Source: Squalus acanthias
Taxonomy: Eukaryota
DNA: 64,000 nucleotides
Assembly: GCA_030390025.1 (NCBI GenBank)
Contig: JASTWF010000350.1
Span: 248,001 to 312,000, forward strand
Reading direction: 5' to 3'
Of this stretch, positions 61,545 through 64,000 are shown one piece after another (within the stretch, counting starts at the first letter, position 1; the number at the start of each line of letters is the position of its first letter). Below the pieces are notes generated by a model that saw nothing but the letters and a program-made list of their open reading frames with translations, was not told where the DNA came from and searched no databases. The position numbers and the translations under genes are program-made.

Positions 61545-62145
61545 CATGCTGGGAGCTGTCATGATGCTGTTTTACTTCATCAGTCTAATGTCTCAGCTCT
61601 TTCTCTATTTCAACAGCAGAGGTATGGGGCAAGATAGCTCCTGGGTGACAAGGCATTCCTGCTACTCCCATAACTCATGATGCCTCTTTATATGTCCACC
61701 AGTGCTGTAGAGGAGCGCTACAATGAAATACACATGAAGGCAAGGACAAGAATTGAGAAAACTATTAGGATGCTCAGAAGAGAAACTATTTCCTCTGGCG
61801 GGGGAGTCGAGAACAAGGGGGCATACCCTTAAAATTAGACCTAGGCCATTCAGGGGTGATTTCAGGAAGAACTTCTTCACACAAAGGGTAGTGGAAATCT
61901 GGAACTCTCTCGCTCAAAAAGCTGTGGAGGCTGGGGGTCAATTGAAAATTTCAAAACTGAGATTAATAGATTTTTGTTAGGTAAGGTATCAAGGGATATG
62001 GAACCGAGGCGGGTAGATGGAGTTGAGGTACAGATCAGCCATGATCTAACTGAATGGTGGAACAGGCTCGCGCGCTGAATGGCCCACTCCTGTTCCTATG
62101 TTCCTTCTTATGTTCCTTCCTAAGAAGGTTCCGGTGTCTAGATAA
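61545..62145 (+). pseudogene. Harbinger transposase remnant interrupted by a CR1 tail (about 61775-62120)
   Basis: GSCHDAVL, GDKAF and LMMP...EERYNEIH..ARTRIEKTIRML, resuming as RRFRCLD after the insertion. Confidence 0.75.
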
Positions 62146-63174
62146 CCTTCTGCAGGGAGATAGTGGTGTGCTCCTCTATGCTGCTGCCGTGAGGTGGTGC
62201 AGCCTTTGAGACATGCACTTCAGCTTCTCCCCTTGTACTGGGAACAGGATTCTGGTTACCAGCGATCAGTGGGAGAACACACCTCACAGAATCAGAAAGA
62301 TCTTTAAATCCCTGAGAGACAGTCAACTTAATATCCTTCAGTCCCTCTGAGATGCTGCCCTCTATACTTTGCAATGCGGTTGACAATGACCTCTCCAGAC
62401 AGTACAAGACCTGCAGTCCTTCATTCAGTGCCTCCACACTGAGTTGCCTGGATATTTCATGAAGTGGGAGAAGGTTTCTAGATGCCCCTGCAGCTGCCAC
62501 TCAGATCAAACCTGGTCCCAATGCCCCAGAAGTCTGAACCTGAAAATCTGTGGGCTGTCATGCTGGTGTAACCGCTGGGATCGTGCCTGCTGGAGTTACC
62601 CAACTGGAGTTTGCAGAGTCAGTGGGAGAACAATTCATTTGCACGGGATTGGCAGTCACCCACACCACTACGGGCACCCACCTGCCCCATGGTGCCAAAT
62701 CATCTGGTGATTGACATCGGGTTGGGGAGGCCATGGCCCTCCCCTTCTGAGACCCCATGCAGTTCCTCATCGGCTCCCCTGCTTCCCCAGCCTGAACACA
62801 CCAACAGGGCCAGCTTGTGCCCCTTCGGAGGCTGGTGCGCCTCATCGCTCTCAGTGTACCAGCCTCCAGTGTTATGCTGGGTCTCTTCTGAGACAGGGAA
62901 CTGCGAATTCCAGGTGTATGGAGCCCATTTCCTGGTTAAACCCGCGGCATCATTGGCCTTGTAAGGAGTGGGCAGAGATTCTAGTCCTTACAAGATTGTG
63001 TGGGAACTCTCGGAATTGGCAGGGATCCAACGTGCTCGTCCCTGCCTTTTTCTGGTACATTCTGCTGGACTCCTGCCAGCAATATAGCGGGAGTTTGGTG
63101 AAGCTGCTGAGGCAATTCAGGGCCCATCTCTCCAGCCACACCTTTAGGTTCCTTATCTTATATTCCTATACTGA

Positions 63175-63465
63175 CTAGCATGTGGTACCAGAAGTAATCA
63201 CGAGATTGCGACCCTTGAAGCCCTGCTCTTTAATCTATCTCCTAAATGCTGAAACTCCCTTTGCAGGACCCCAGTTCTAATTCTTCTCATGCCATTGGTT
63301 CCAAAATGAACCATGACTTCTGGTTGTTCCCCTTCCCTCTTCTGCTCGGTAATGTCCCTAACATGACAACTGGAAGGCAGCATTACATTCAGGACAATCA
63401 GTTGTAACTCCAAAAGCACCTGTCTATTCCCCTGATTATGGAATCCCTTATCAGTACTGTGTTTC
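63175..63465 (-). mobile_element. CR1 ORF1 fragment
   Basis: LIRDSIIRGIDR, EQPEVMVHFGTN and LKSRASRVAIS. Confidence 0.8.
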
Positions 63466-63470
63466 TCCTT

Positions 63471-64000
63471 AAGATCTCCTTAACCGCGACTCCATCTTCG
63501 ACACGAGTGTCCTCAACTCCATCCCGCAGCATGCTACCCGCCACCATCTCAGCACAACCCCAGCCTGGCATGAGGTTGAAAAGGCCATCCGACAACTGAA
63601 GAACAACAAGGCCTCAGGAGCAGATGGAATCCCCGCTGAGGCACTACTGGCGCGAATTCATGAAATCATTTCTCTTATCTGGAAGGAGGAGAGCATGCCA
63701 GGGGATCTCAGAGATGCCGTAATTGTGACCATCTTCAAGAAAGGTGACAAGTCCGATTGCGGTAATTACAGAGGAGTTTCCCTGCTGTCTGCCACAGGGA
63801 AAGAATTCGCAAGAATCCTCCTCAATCGCCTTCTCCCAGTGGCTGAAAAGCTCCTCCCAGAGTCGCAATGCGGATTCTGCCCACTAAGGGGCACAATGGA
63901 CATGATCTTCACCGCACGTCAATTACAAGAGAAATGCAGGGAACAGCACCAACCGCTGTACATGGCCTTCTTTGATCTCACAAAGGCCTTCGACACTGTC
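63471..64000 (+). mobile_element. RTE-clade LINE, RT region, 5'-truncated and running off the window
   Basis: Open frame with KASGADGIPAE, KKGDKSDCGNYRGVSLLS, LPESQCGF, DMIFTARQLQEKCREQ and FFDLTKAFDTV. Confidence 0.92.

Overview
This is eukaryotic, vertebrate-type DNA dominated by transposable elements. The repeat complement (DeuSINE/SacSINE1-like SINEs, CR1 and L2 LINEs, Penelope-type termini, Harbinger elements) suggests a cartilaginous fish, by inference from remembered repeat families. No intact host gene could be identified; a few spliceable candidate exons lie on the + strand (best: 11125-11225), so the window is probably intronic or intergenic. It contains several decayed two-gene Harbinger transposons and GGC-terminated MITEs with 3-bp A/T-rich target duplications, and a hAT-type MITE. 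LINEs include a nearly intact CR1 ORF2 with one premature stop, a full-length decayed CR1, an apparently ORF1-less LINE, L2 fragments and an RTE fragment. There are about ten DeuSINE copies and two minisatellites (23-bp C-free unit; 32-bp CpG-rich unit). The most notable observations are three minimal hammerhead-ribozyme motifs in Penelope-type repeat ends, a fold-back inverted duplication of flanking DNA captured inside a Harbinger element (20446-21192), a pair of young hairpin-rich 742-bp MITEs, and a TGTGGT (RUNX-motif)-saturated array next to a candidate exon. I found no convincing wholly new system. Coordinates are read by eye and may be off by a few bases.
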